64,000 bases of DNA, taken from assembly GCF_009914755.1 (NCBI RefSeq), contig NC_060928.1; one strand, given 5' to 3'. Made by a program: the position numbers and the translations under genes. How positions within the stretch are numbered: the first letter of the stretch is position 1; the number at the start of each line of letters is the position of its first letter. Below are positions 33,807 to 52,789 of the stretch, in pieces. Below the pieces are notes generated by a model, which was given only the letters and a program-made list of their open reading frames with translations, was not told where the DNA came from and ran no database searches. This DNA is from the human T2T-CHM13v2.0 reference genome, Homo sapiens.

Positions 33807-36227
33807 TGATATGGTTTGGATTTTTGTCCCCTCCAAATCTCATGTTGAAATGTGATCCCTAATGTTGGAGGTCAGACCTAATGGGAGACATTTGGGTCAT
33901 AGGGGCAGGTTCCTCATGAATGGTTTGGTGCCCTCTTCATGGTAATGAGTTCAAACTATGAGTTCATCCAAGATCTGGTTGCTTAAAAGTGTGGTACTTC
34001 CCCACCCCACTTCCACTTTTGCCAAATGACATGCCTGCTTCTCCCCTCACCTTCTGCCATGATTAAAGTTTCCTGAGGCCTCCCCAGAAGCAGATGGCCA
34101 GCATTATGCTTCCTTCACAGCCTGTGGAACTATGAGCCAATTAAACATCTTTTCTTTGTAAATTACCCAGCCTCAGATATTTTCCTACAGTGATACAAAA
34201 ATAGACCAATACAGAAAATTGGTACCAAGGAGTGGAGTATTGCTATAAAGATAAAATCAGCTTCAGAACTGGGTAACAGGCAGAGGTTGAAAGAGTTTGG
34301 AGGGCTCAGAAGAAGACAGGAAGATAAAGGACACTTTGAACTGCTTAGAGACTGGTTAAATGGTTTTGGCCAAAATACTTATAGAGATATTGACAGTAAA
34401 GTCCAGACTGACAAGGTCTCAGATGGAAATAAGAAAGTTTTTGGGAAGTAGAGTAAAGGTCATCTGTGTTACATCCTAGCAAAGAGCTTGGCTGCATTAT
34501 GACTACGTGCTGGGAATTTGTGAAGGGTTGGACTTAAGAGCGATGACTTAGAGTATCTAGTGGAAGAAATTTCTAAGCAAAAAAGCATTCAAGATATGGC
34601 CTAGCTGCTTCTAACATCCTATGTTCAGATGCAGGAGCAAAGAAATGATGTAAAGTTGGAACTTATATTTAAAAGGGAAGAAGAGCATAAAAGTGTGGGA
34701 AATTTGCAGTGGGCTGTGGAGCAACTACTTGCTAAAGAGATTAGCAGGACTAAAAGGGAGCCAATGCTAATATCCAAAACTTTGGGAAAATGGCCTCAAA
34801 GGCATTTCAGAAGTTTTTGAGGCAGTCTCTCCCATCAAAAGTCTAGAAGTCTAGGAGAAAAAATAATTTTGGGTGCCAGGCCCAGGACACCACTGCCCTG
34901 CACGACCTCAGGATGTTGCTCCTCACATTCAGGCCTCTCCAGCTCAACTGAGGCTCAGAGGGCTCCAACTATGGCTCAGGTGGCTGATCAGGAGAGCACA
35001 AGCCACCATAAGCCTTTGTGGCTTCCATGCGGCACTAATTCCATGGACACACAGAATGTAAGAGTGAAGGAGGCTTGACAGTTCCCACCTAGGTTTCAGA
35101 GGATGTATGGTAAATCCTGGGTGCCCAGCAGAGGCCTACTACAGGGGTGGAACCCCCACAGGGAAACTCTACTACAGCAGTGCCAAAGGAAAATGTGGAG
35201 CTGAAGCCCCCACACAGAGTATACACCAGGGCACTGCCTAGTGAAGTTGTGGGAAGAGGGCTGCCACCCTCCAGACCTGAGAATGGTAAATCCACTGGCA
35301 GCTTGCTCTCTTAGCCTGAAGAAACCACAGGCACCCTACTCCAACTGGAGAAAGCAGCCACAGGGGCTGCACCCTGCAAAGCCACATTGGCAGAGCTACC
35401 CAAGACCTTGGGAGCCCATCCCTTGCACCAGTGTACCCTGGATGTGGGACTTGAAACCAAAGGAGATTATTTTGGAGCATAAGATTTAATAATTGCCCTC
35501 CTGGGTTTCAGACTTCTGTGGGGTCTATTGCCCCTTTTTCTGGCTGATTTCACCCTTTTGAAATGGGAATGTTTACCCAATGCATATACCACCATTGTAT
35601 TTTGAAAGAAAATAACTTGTTTTGATTTTACAGGATATAGGTGGAAGAAACTTGGCTTGAATTAGAGATGAGACTTTAGACTTTCAGACTTCTGAGTTGG
35701 GGCTGAAATGAGTAAAGACTTTGGGGGACTACTGAGAAGGGATGATTGTATTTTGCGATATGAGAAGAATATAAGATTTGGTGGGCCAGAGGTGGGATGA
35801 TGGAAGTATATGATTTGCATGTTTGTCCCCTCCAAATCTCATGTTGCAATGTAATCCCCAATGTTGGAGGTGGGGCCTGGTGGGAGGTGTTTTGATTATG
35901 GGAGCAGATATCTTCTGAATTACAAGGAGGGTTGGTGCCCTCCTTGTGACAGTGGGTTCTCACTCTGAGTTCACACGAGATACAGTTGTTTAAAAGAGTG
36001 TGGAAGTATCTCCTTCTCTCTCACTTCCACTTTCACCATGTGACACATCTCTTCCCCCTCTGCCTTGCACTGTGATTATAAGCTTCCTGACACCCTCACC
36101 AGAAGTAGTTACTGGCACCATGCTTCTTTTACAGCCTGCAGAACCATGAGCCAATTAAACCTATTTTCTTTATAAACTACTTAGTCTCAGGTATTTCTTT
36201 ATAGCAATGCAAGAACAGGCTAAAAGA
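33807..36227 (+). mobile_element. Complete MaLR provirus (MSTA-like): 5'LTR 33807-34213, internal 34214-~35797, 3'LTR ~35798-36227
   Basis: Two homologous LTRs (TGTCCCCTCCAAATCTCATGTTG). MaLR internal ORF remnant LELIFKREEEHKS (34629-34820). 5-bp TSD ACTGG (33802-33806) / CCTGG (36228-36232). Confidence 0.9.
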
Positions 36228-37169
36228 CCTGGATTACTCCACCCACTGCACAGTCATTTATAGATCATCTGCCTATGGATTTTCCTTGTTGTAGAATCTC
36301 CATAGGAAAATTAAAACAACCCAAATTGGATTCTCTCCATCCTTCAGAAGTTCCTGGGTGCTTTGCACTCAATCCAAACAGGTGTACTTTGATGAAGCAA
36401 GTTTATTTTCATGTTAAGTTGAGGGAAACACAATTAGAAAGTGAAATATGCAAGAAAAAAAATCATGGTGTCCACCAAAGTCAAGAAAAAAATTAAATTG
36501 AAATTGTCAGTTCTCCTAATTCTAGGGGCATCTATATTTACCTTCCCAGGTCAGCAACTCCCATTTGTTCAGACAAGACAGTGTCACAATTACTCTTATG
36601 TGAGCCCTGCAGCATTGCTCCTCAGCAACTTTTTTAAGAATAGGCTGGCTTCTCTGAAGAATTATTCTCTGTAAAAAGCCAGAAGTTTGTCATGAGTGTT
36701 AGGGTCATTTCTTCCAACAGCCCCACTATATATCCTGAGTGAGTTTCTCACTTCACAGACCATTTTTGTCTCCATAATTCTGCAGCTAGGTGAATGGCAG
36801 CCTCCCAGGAAGATATTAATATACTGTTAGTCTGTTGCACTGTGCACAGCTTGAAACACAACTAATAAATTTCCTGTAAATTTTTCTCATCCCCTTTAAG
36901 CCTTAACTTTCTCAGGATGTGTGTGGTGCTGCTGGGCTGTCAAAGAAGCTGTCCCTGGAAAGCCTCTCATTTTTCTTTTAGTGCAAATTCTTAAAAAGTC
37001 ACAAAGCAAAACAAATTACCCCTATAAAAATTATAACAGCCAACAGGAAAATTCATGACAGCCCTCCTCCAGAAACACAGCTGCCACAATTCATGCTCAC
37101 CCACATCCATTAACCACCCATCTCCCCTGCACTTAGTGAGGCATGGGCTCTGGGGAGTGGGCTCTAGGA

Positions 37170-37607
37170 CCTTGAAGAGCAGCATGCTGTCTCCACCAGT
37201 TTCTCTACCTGCCCCAGACCACTTCTGACCTAACCATGACACCAAAACTGCTCTCACCAGGGCCATCAATGATCACCTAGAGGTTGTAAAATTCAATGGG
37301 CAACTTTCAACCATTTTTTTTCCTGATCTCTCAGGAGAAGTACTCTCAATGAGTAGCTTCTATGAGAAAAAGATTCTTGTTTTTGGGTTCTAAAATGTTT
37401 CCCCCTTTATCTGGTTTTTATTTGTCTCCTCCTTTACTGTTCCTACTCCTCCAGTCTTTTAAACTGTTGGCCCTCCTCTTTCCTAAGCCCTTTACCTCTT
37501 TATTTAACACCCTTCCTCTAGGCAGACTCACCCTACCTCACAGATTCAATTACTATCCACATATCAACAACTCTCAGATATTTTTCTTCACCCAGATATC
37601 TCTGTTT
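37170..37607 (+). mobile_element. L2 fragment, continuing after the L1 at ~44482-44740
   Basis: AAAACTGCTCTCACCAGGGCCATCAATGA is L2 ORF2-like, and L2-like sequence resumes after the L1 TSD. Confidence 0.65.
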
Positions 37608-38604
37608 AAAACCTTTATCTGGAGGTTCCAAGATGGCTGAATAGGAACAGCTCCAGTCTACAGCTCCCAGCATGAGTGACACAGAAGACGGGTGACTTCT
37701 GCATTTCCAACTGAGGTACCGGGTTCATCTCACTGGGGCTTGTCAGACAGTGGGTACAGCCAACGGACCAGGGTGGGGCTCACCTCACCCAGGAAGAACA
37801 AGGGGTCGGGGAATTCCCTTTCCTAGCAAAGGGAAGCCATGACAGATGGTACCTGGAAAATTGGGACACTCCCACCCTAATACTGCACTTTTCCAAAGGC
37901 CTTAGCAAACAGCACACCAGGAGATTATATCCCACACCTGGCTTGGAGACTTCCACCCCTGTGGAGCCTCACTCACTGCTAGCACAGCAGTCTGAGATCG
38001 AACTGCAAGGCGGCAGTGAGGCTGGGGGAAGGACATCCGCCATTGCTGAGGCTTGAGTAGGTAAAAAAAGCAGCCAGGAATCTCCCACCACACCTCAAGG
38101 AGGCTTGCCAGCCTATGTAGACTCCACTTCTGGGGGCAGGGCATAGCAGAACAAAAGGCAGCAGAAATTTCTGAAGATTTATACGTCCCTGTCTGACAGT
38201 TTAGAAGAGAGTAGAGGTTCTCCCAGCACAGAGTTTGAGATCTGAGAATAGTCAGACTGCCTCCTCAAGTGGGTCCCTGACCCCCAAGTAGCCTAACTGG
38301 GAGACACCTCCCAGTAGGGGCTGACTAACACCTCATAGAGTCCGGTGCCCCTCTGAGATGAAGCTTCCAGAGGAAGAATCAGGCAGCAACATCTGCCATT
38401 CTGCAATATTTGCTGTTCTGCAGCCTCCACTGGTGATACCCAGGAAAACGGCGTCTGGAGAGGACCTCCAGCAAACTGCAACAGACCTGCAGCTGAGGGT
38501 CCTGACTGTTAGAAGGAAAACTAACAAACAGAAAGGACATAGACACCAAAACCCCATCTATACATCACCATGATCAAAGACCAAAGGTAGACAAAACCAT
38601 AAAG

Positions 38605-39628
38605 TTGGGGAGAAACCAGAGCAGAAAATTTGAAAATTCTAAAAATCAGAGCACCTCTTCTCCTCCAAAGGAATGCAGCTCCTCGCCAGCAACAGAACAA
38701 AGCTGGATGGAGAATGACTTTGACGAGTTGAGAGAAGAAGGCTTCAGACAATCGGTAATAACAAACTTCTCCGAGCTAAAGGAGGATGTTCAAACCCATT
38801 GCAAAGAAGCTAAAAACCTAGAAAAAAGATTAGATGAATGGCTAACTAGAATAAACAGTGTAGAGAAGTCCATAAATGACCTGATGGAGCAGAAAACCAT
38901 AGCACAAGAACTACGTGATGAATGCACAAGCTTCAGTAGCCAATTTGATCAAGTGGAAGAAAGGGTATCAGTGAATGAAGATCAAATGAATGAAATGAAG
39001 CAAGAAGAGAAGTTTAGAGAAAAAAGAATAAAAAGAAATGAACAAAGTCTCCAAGAAATATGGGACTATGTGAAAAGACCAAATCTACTTCTGATTGGTG
39101 TACCTGAAAGTGACAGGGAGAATGGAACCAAGTTGGAAAACATTCTGCAGGATATTATCCAGGAGGACTTCCCCAACCTAGCAAGGCAGGTCAACAGTCA
39201 AATTCAGGAAATACAGAGAACACCACAAAGATACTCCTCGGGAAGAGCAACTCCAAGACACATAATTATCAGATTTTCCAAAGTTGAAACGACAGAAAAA
39301 ACGTTAACAGCAGCCAGAGAGAAAGGTCAGGTTACATACAAGGGGAAGCCCGTCAGACTCACAGCGGATCTCTTGGCAGAAACTCTACAAGCCAGAAGAG
39401 TGGGGGCCGATATTCAACATTCTTAAAGAAAAGAATTTTCAACCCACAATTTCATATCCAGCCAAACTAGGCTTCATAAGTGAAGGAGAAATAAAATCCT
39501 TTACAGACAAACAAATGCTGAGAGATTTTGTCACTACCAGACCTGCCTTACAAGAGTTCCTAAAGGAAGCACTAAACATGGAAAAGAACAACTGGTACTA
39601 GCCACTGCAAAAACATGCCAAATTGTAA
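38605..39628 (+). pseudogene. L1 ORF1 remnant
   Basis: 273-aa ORF1p-like frame. The start codon is mutated to TTG and there is a frameshift near 39398. Confidence 0.9.
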
Positions 39629-39691
39629 AGATCATCAATGCTAGGAAGCAACTGCATCAACTAAAGAGCAAAATAACCAGCTAACATCACA

Positions 39692-44247
<4,556 letters not shown>

Positions 44248-45419
44248 ACAATGAGAACACTTGGACAGAGGGTGGGGAACATCACACACCGGGGCCTGTC
44301 GTGGGGTGGGGGAGAGGGGAGGGATAGCATTAGGAGGTATACCTAATGTAAATGACGAGTTAACGGGTGCAGCACACCAACATGGCACATGTATACATAG
44401 ATAACAAACCTGTACGTTGTTCACATGTACCCTAGAACTTAAAGTATAATAATAAAAAAAAGACAAAAAAAAACTTTATGTCCAATGGCCTCCTTAACAT
44501 TCTATTTGCATTTCCTTTTGACAGGTCAAACTTTAAATGTCCAAAACTGATCTCCTAATCATCTCTCCAAACCATCCCTTCTTTCCCATCTCAGTAGATG
44601 ACCCCAGATCTACTCAGTTGCTCTGAGTCAGGAGCCAGGGATGGACCTCTTTTTCCCCATACTCCTTTCTCCAAGTGATCACTAAATACAGTCTAGTTCC
44701 TATCCCACCTCAAACCATCCAAACTTTCCCTGTTCCCTAGGTGAAACATTTAACATGTGCAAGTCATAGGGTTAGAGCTGAGGACACAGGTAGAATAGTA
44801 AACAAGACAGCATGGCTCCTGGGCTCATGGAGCTCTATTCCGGTATGTATAAAGTAATAAGTGATACACTAATTAATTAAAGTAATATGCTGAACAATAT
44901 ATTTGCATGTAGTCCCATAAACAGTAACATCTCTGTTACATGAAAAGCATATGAAGAAATAAAAGATTGGAAGAAAATCCAACAAAATGTTAATAACAAA
45001 TTGTAGGATTGTGAGGGATTTTTATATACTTTATTGTATTTAAATTATATTTACCAAAAACATGTACTAATTTTTTTAGATATAAACCTATTATATAGTT
45101 CTACGAACCTGCCTTTTTAAGGGGGAGCCTAGACAGGACTTCCAAATTCTCCATTTGGAATCTACTTTTCCTTCTATTTTGTCTTCTTTAGTTTTCATAA
45201 TAAATAGGAGACAAATCAGAGAGGAATGGCCTCAGCTTTCTGCTGTGTCTCTACCTCTCTCCCTTGCCTACAGTGCAAAGAATAAGATGTCAGACAACCA
45301 GGTCAAGTGCTGCCTTTACATTATTTTCTCTTCTCTTTTCTGCCCCAAGCCTGTTTTTGCTGTCTCCCTTGCCTGCATATGTAACCCCTTCCTGTCTAAA
45401 CCATCATCCTTCCCAGCCC

Positions 45420-45880
45420 TCTGCAACTCTTAACTCTCCTGGTCCCTGTGGGCTACCTCCAACTCCTACCCTCTCTCCATTTCACTCACCAGCCAACATT
45501 TTTGAGAATGGTCTAGATACTTCCCTTCACATTCTCACATCCAATTCACTCTTCAACATCATTAAATTTCCTTCCACCCACCACACTCCACTGAAACTGC
45601 TCCTGCAAATATCACCAGGAATTTGCATATTGTCACATAAAACGGACACTTGGCATCCTTATTTTTAAAAGCATCTTTGCTAACTTTTGCCCATGCGAAT
45701 CCTTTTGCCTGGAATGCTCTTCTTCAGCCCGTTTGCCTTACTAACTCCTCTTCCCTGTTTTGCTACAGTAACTTCTCTCTTTTGGGTCTCAGCTTACGTG
45801 ATGACAGGCCAAAAAAGTCTTCCATAAATCTTCTTTCTGCACCTCAATAAAGATAAGCTCCCCTTGGGGATTCTCATACA
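45420..45880 (+). mobile_element. L2 fragments
   Basis: CTCCACTGAAACTGCTCCTGCAAATATCACCA; TTTGCCTGGAATGCTCTT. Confidence 0.6.
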
Positions 45881-45914
45881 TGGCTGGTGGAAACAAGGAG
45901 TTTCTTATAAGCGT

Positions 45915-46890
<976 letters not shown>

Positions 46891-49800
46891 GAAACAGACA
46901 AAAACTCGGGTCAGGCTCATCCCTCCAACAAACCTTCTATGACTTTATCCAACTCCAGACTGGTTTGGGAATCTCCTTAGTTTCCATAGCAGGTGGTGCC
47001 TATGTGTTTCTTTCTGCATGTATCATATTACATTGAAATTATCTACTTTAAACAAAATTTTTAATATTTTTTTAATGTCTAGCTCTCCTACTGGATGGTG
47101 AGCTCATTAAAGTAAGAAACCATATTGTATTTGTCTTAATATCTACACACTTCACTCTCCCATCCTCCACCTTCCACTTAACCCACCATTGTCAGCATAT
47201 TGATCAACCAGTGATCAAAGACCTTTCTCCTCTGATCTGCTTAGCAGGAGATCCAGTGAAATCTCCTAAGTTCAGAACCTTTCTTCATGAGTTGGCCTCA
47301 TCAAAATTCTCTGTTTTTATTACCTTCCAAGCCAATATGACTAAACAATTCTTAACAAGGTATTAACAACTAATGGTAAGTTACATTTATATAAAGTACA
47401 TAAAATTTTAGCGTAGGTTTTCAATATTTTATTTTAAAGATAGGATCCCAATGGTAGAAATATTTGAGGTGAACTAACAAACCTATAAAGGAGATATTTT
47501 TAGCGGAAGCAAATCAGTGTCTCTTGGATCTATGTAAGAATTGCTAACAATTACATGGGAACACACTAATTTTTTAAAGTAGAGAGTGATGATGTGTTTG
47601 AAAGTTTTTTGATTCCTAATAACTTATGTTCACAAAGCCATTATTCAGCAGGGAGGAGTAGAAGAAGTTGGGAAGGGTGGGCATGACACAGTAGCAACTT
47701 TATGTTCTATGCCTCCTCTGGTATCATTAGGACCCCTTGTGCACTTCAATTATAGACCAAAACCTACCCTTTATCTTTGCTACTTTCTAATGAGCATCCT
47801 TCATATAAAAGGAGTGGGGAAATAGTTCATCGTGAAAGAATGACATGCTGCTATTATTTTCATTCAGCCCATTAAGAAGACCTCCTTCCACATATACGTA
47901 TGCTTCTTAAAAACCTACCAAATTATTCCAGGTTGTATGATGTATTATAGTGGTTCCCATCTGGTAGTCAGGCCTTTCACGAGTAGCCCAGGAAGGAAGC
48001 AGGGGTTTCACAACCATTACTGAGAATTCACTTGTCTTCCATTTTACTCTCCTCCTGTAAGGGTGATGTGCTGGATCCAACCACACCCTGTCTGCCATAG
48101 ATTGTTCACCCCTTAGCCTGCTAGTTGTATATCACACTCATGGCAGCCTGGCAGAAATGAGACAGGATGGCATTCTGCAAAGGAGGCTGCTTGCCTAGCT
48201 TGCCCGATCAGAGCATCAAAATTTTGGGTGTGACAGTGAAGTAGGGAATAACCTATCTAGGTGTTTTCCTGAGAAAAGGGCCAACAGTTTCTATTCAATT
48301 CTCAAAGAAATCCATATAATTTAAAAGTGATGCTTTTAGAACTTTATAAGATGATATTAATAAAGTAAAACTAATATGAATAAGAAAAATTATACATATT
48401 AGAAGGCATCCTATTATTGTAACTACAGAGTAGTCAATTAGCACCTTTTGGGATCTACTCGGGGAAGAGACCTTCCTCGAATCAATAGGGTGTGTGCCTC
48501 CCATCCCTGCCTAATAATTTTGATCAATTAGTGATCAAAGACCTTTCTCCTCTGGTCTACTTAGCAAGAGATCCAGTGAAATCTCCTGGTAAGTTCAGAA
48601 CCATCTTTCCTTACAGTTTACAAAACACTTTGACCCATCTCATTTGATTTTCATTCCCATTATGAGACATGGGAATTTTTATTCCTATTTCACACATAAA
48701 GAATTGAGGCTGAAAGAAGAAAAGAAGTTGGACCCCACAGCTACTTTCTACTTCCCTTCCATGGAAATTAACTCATTGCCTCTGTAATTCGACCTTAAGA
48801 TGACCTTGTCTTTTCCTTCTAAAGCTTCTCTTTATGTTCTTTCAGCCAACACTTGTACAGATTCCTCAGCCTAGATTTGTTTGTAGCTTGCTTTCTTGCT
48901 TTCTGATCAGAAATCTAAGTGGCAGAGACCATGCCAGGGTCTCTGTACCTGGCAGAGACCATGCCAGGGTCATTCCAGCCTCTACCCCAGCAGTTTTGGG
49001 CTCATAAATCCTCAGTGTTTAGTAACTAGGTCGTTTTTATATGTTTACATCTGAATCCAAGTTTTGTTCTTCCTTAGTACCTTGCCAGCCATCCTACAAC
49101 TCCCCACTGTCTGTGTTTTTTTTCCACTCTGACATGGAGATTCACCTGACCTCTTTAACCTCAGCCCCAGAACATATGATCACAGAAGTCCCAGGGTACC
49201 CCAGAAAAGTGGTAGAATGATTTGTAGAGAGACACATTAGGTCATGGAGCCCCATTCTTCTCCAAATCCCAACTCTTTCCACACAATAGCCTCTTCCCAC
49301 ACAATACCACCAGCACTCTCTGTTACTTCAGTATTTGGAGTAACTTTGATCAACTCAAAATTAGTTATAATTTGCTGTAAATACAGTTTAATTACTGGGC
49401 CACCATTGGCCCCTTCTCCTCCCCTATCACTTATAAAACTGATGTCCTACAGTAGAAGACAAACCAGATGACTTCTGAATTATCTTCCATTAGCACCCAG
49501 TTTAAATTCGCTTAATACTGTGGAAGCTAGAAAAGGGAAAGCAAGCTGGCTAAGAATAAGACTTGCCTAGAATTAATGTTTGCAGATTTGATGCTATCTT
49601 TGTCACAGAATTAGCATGTATTCTGCCTCATCCAAATTGCTTTCTCTTTCTCCTCTCTGTCCTCTTCCAGAGCTCCCAGCATTGGCTGGAATGTAGGACA
49701 GAATTTCCCACAACATGCAGACATCACCCATCTGTCTCTAATTTCACAAAATGACAAACTGAAATGGCCCTGAGAGCCAAAATTTCTATTTCATTCTTCT

Positions 49801-50384
49801 CTCTGATATTCCAGTAAGGCCAGTGGATTTTCTTTTATTTCAGTATAAGTTGGGAATTTAAGGCAGAATTGAGAAAAGAGAAAGTAGACCCTGAGAATCT
49901 CATTGCTATGCTAATGATGAGAATTTGCAAGGAGCTGAACCACTCACACCCAGTCAAATTGCAATCAGCCCAGGAATTAGTTTAGCATATTTTCAACATC
50001 ATAGAAACTACTGCATTTCCCCTAAAAAATATAAACCAAAAGACTCTTTTGAAACCCAGAACATCTCTCTGAACTTTGGCAGGGTGGGATACACGTCTTA
50101 CCCTATTGTTGAGTCTTATTCAGCAATTGCAGTCAAAGACTTTGTGTCTCAGACATGGACTTGGTTATGAAAGTCAGCATTTCTGAAACAAGATGACTTC
50201 TGAATTCTCTTATTCAGAGGTCCCTAAAATATACTGAGGTGTGCTTGTATGTGTGTGCATAGATAACTCCAAAAAATCATGAATGAGGATGAAATAGTAT
50301 TTTCAAATGCTTCACATTTGACTGGACTATTGTTTTGCAGGAATTAATTCTAACAAAATATGTAGACTAAAGCTCAGGGAATGG

Positions 50385-50513
50385 GGCCCGATGTTGCAGC
50401 ATGCACCTGCAGCCCCAGCCACTTGGGAGGTTGAGGTAGGAGAATAGCTTGAGCCCAGGAGTTTGAGTTCAGCCTGGGCAACATAGCAAGACCCCCATCT
50501 CCAAAAAACAAAA
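50385..50513 (+). mobile_element. Free Alu monomer (FLAM_A-like)
   Basis: Single monomer plus A tail. TSD AAAGCTCAGGGAATGG (50369-50384) / AAAACTCAGGGAATGG (50514-50529). Confidence 0.85.
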
Positions 50514-50819
50514 AAAACTCAGGGAATGGGCACACAGTATTAGTCATTCCCTTGAGAAGAAATATGCATGCCCAAAAATAAAGCAGTCCAGAACGTATTC
50601 AATTTGAAATCAGAAGTCCTGAGCTTTCATCCTGGTCTTAGTTTGAGGTGGGCTGAGCCTTAGCTTCACACACCTGCAAAAATGGAGTGAACAGCGGAGC
50701 ATTCTTTAGAGCAGGTGGTATCACAAGTACTTGAGGAACACAGTTAAGATGCAGCACTTGATAAAAGGAAGATCTAATTAACAGTTACAGAAAGTTGTAA
50801 TTGATCTTAGGTGGCCAAC

Positions 50820-51317
50820 TGTCTAAGTTTGGTCTTTCCCAAGGCACAGCCTGAGAGTTGGACTTGAGTACAGGTGGCTTATTGGGAGCTGATCCCAGGA
50901 AGCAGGAATGAGGGACTGGGAGAGTCATAAAGGAGGGCGCACCAATGCCAAGGGTCATCATCAAGCACACTGTGGTGTACACAGGGGCTCAATTCCACTG
51001 CAATTCCTGAGAAGGGTACAGAATGCCTCCCAAAATAGGCCACCTGAAAGACAGTGGAGCATCTATCCACCAGTTCCAATCCCTATTGGCTAAAGTTTGG
51101 CCCCGGGGCACTAACTCTCTTGCATTGCTTCAGTAAGCTCCTCCTGCAGCTGAAGAAGGATCTGGGGCAGAATGAAAGAAAACACAAGTTGAGAGCTTGA
51201 GGTGGGATTCCAGCAGCCTACAGTGAGTATGAGCTCACATAGAGTTGCCTACCAGAGCTGAGGCTAAAATCACTGGTGGTCTTGGGCATTGATGTGGGCA
51301 CCACAGCATTTCCTACA
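50820..51317 (-). mobile_element. LTR33-like ERVL LTR
   Basis: GATCCCAGGAAGCAGGAATGAGGG...GGGGCTCAATTCC...GGCACCACAGCATTTCCTACA terminus. Confidence 0.6.
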
Positions 51318-51429
51318 CCAAGCTAAGATTCACTCACAGTGTTCCCATACTTATTCCATCCTCAGAAATAATCAACAGAACCTGGCCATCATTTTCCTTA
51401 TTATCAACTATTCTGCCTTGGATGATTTC

Positions 51430-51880
51430 TCCTTGAAAAGTCATATCCCTTTGCTCTCAGGCCTTTGCATACATTGCTGCTAATTTTTGGAACACTTTCC
51501 CTGCCCACTCTTCCCCATCCTGTGTACACTTTGCTATCTGGTCTCAGCTTAAAAATTATTTGCCTCAGGAAGCTTTCCCTGATCCCAGGGTATGGCATTT
51601 GCCCAAGCTGTGCGTACCCAATGAACATGGTAAAGCTTGTTTGTGCTATTTACCTCATTTTATACTGCCATTGTTTATAATATCTGCTCCTCTAAGCATA
51701 TAGGCATACAAGCATTCAGTGTATCACTTCGGTGAGCTCAGGAAACTTGCTCTTTTGTTAAAAGAAATACTTGCAAAACCTAATGTAGTGCCTGGCACAA
51801 AAGCTAATCTGTTTTGTTGTTGTTGTTGTTCAATGGACTGATGAGTGGATGGGTCAGTGAATAAATGAATTGATGAGAAA
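51430..51880 (+). mobile_element. L2 3' fragment
   Basis: CTCAGGCCTTTGCATAC...GTGCCTGGCACA...AATAAATGAAT. Confidence 0.55.
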
Positions 51881-52789
51881 GGAAAAAACATCAATTGTCA
51901 CTTAAATCTGTCTGAAAGTCTGCTTTGCTCAGGAGGTCCTGGTCCCTTCTTCCTGCTGCATTGTCTTCAGAGTGATTATTCTGGAGCTTTATTTCCAGGA
52001 CCTCCTGCCTGCTGGGCCTTTCTGGGAAGAAAAAAGTACAAGTCAGTTGCTGCAGAGTTGTCCTTGGAATTTCTCTATCTCCACATTTCTGCCCTACACC
52101 CAGCTGACTGTGCCCTAGGGGTCATCTTGTTGGTTTGTTTTGTGGGTAGGACACACAGGAATAAGCAGTACTGTTAGTTTTAGTCCTGGCCTTTCAAACC
52201 CAGTTTTTTTTTCTTAAGCAGAGATGCTCTCTTCGCTGTCAAACTGCCTGTGTCCTCCTCACCTCTCACTCTTTTTGACTTTGTCACTCTCAAAGGATGC
52301 AAGCCTTGTACAAGAGCAGAGAAGAGAGGAGGGCAATGGAAACCCTCCTCCAGCAAGCTGCGTTCTTTCCACCACAAAGAGCCAAGGAAAATGTTCCTCT
52401 GGGGTGCAATCAGGGCCAGGGCTCCTCTGACTCAACCCCCAGATGACCTAATAAATAGCAAGAAGAGGACAGAACATTCTAGGAGTCAGAAAGTCTCCCC
52501 ATAAATGCCAGAGGAAGTGCAGGACAGTATCACAAGAGACCACAAGGGATCATAGAGCTGCCCGAATTGGCATAAGGCCACAAGTGCCCTCATAAATGAC
52601 CAGAATATTACAGTAGGGGATCCCACAGCAGGCTCGGAAGGCCAGCAAGTCTGTATGAGGGACACGGGCACAGGGAAGAGGTCCTGAGTTCAGGTGCATC
52701 GCTGATGCCTGGGATGACAATCTCAGTCCAAATCCTGGAGTGACAGAGATGTGGCCAGGATCCAGTTGCTACCTACAGTTCTTCATTCA

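Noticed and set aside
44290-44325. G-quadruplex-like G-tracts
   Set aside because: This is the standard L1 3'UTR polypurine tract, not specific to this locus.
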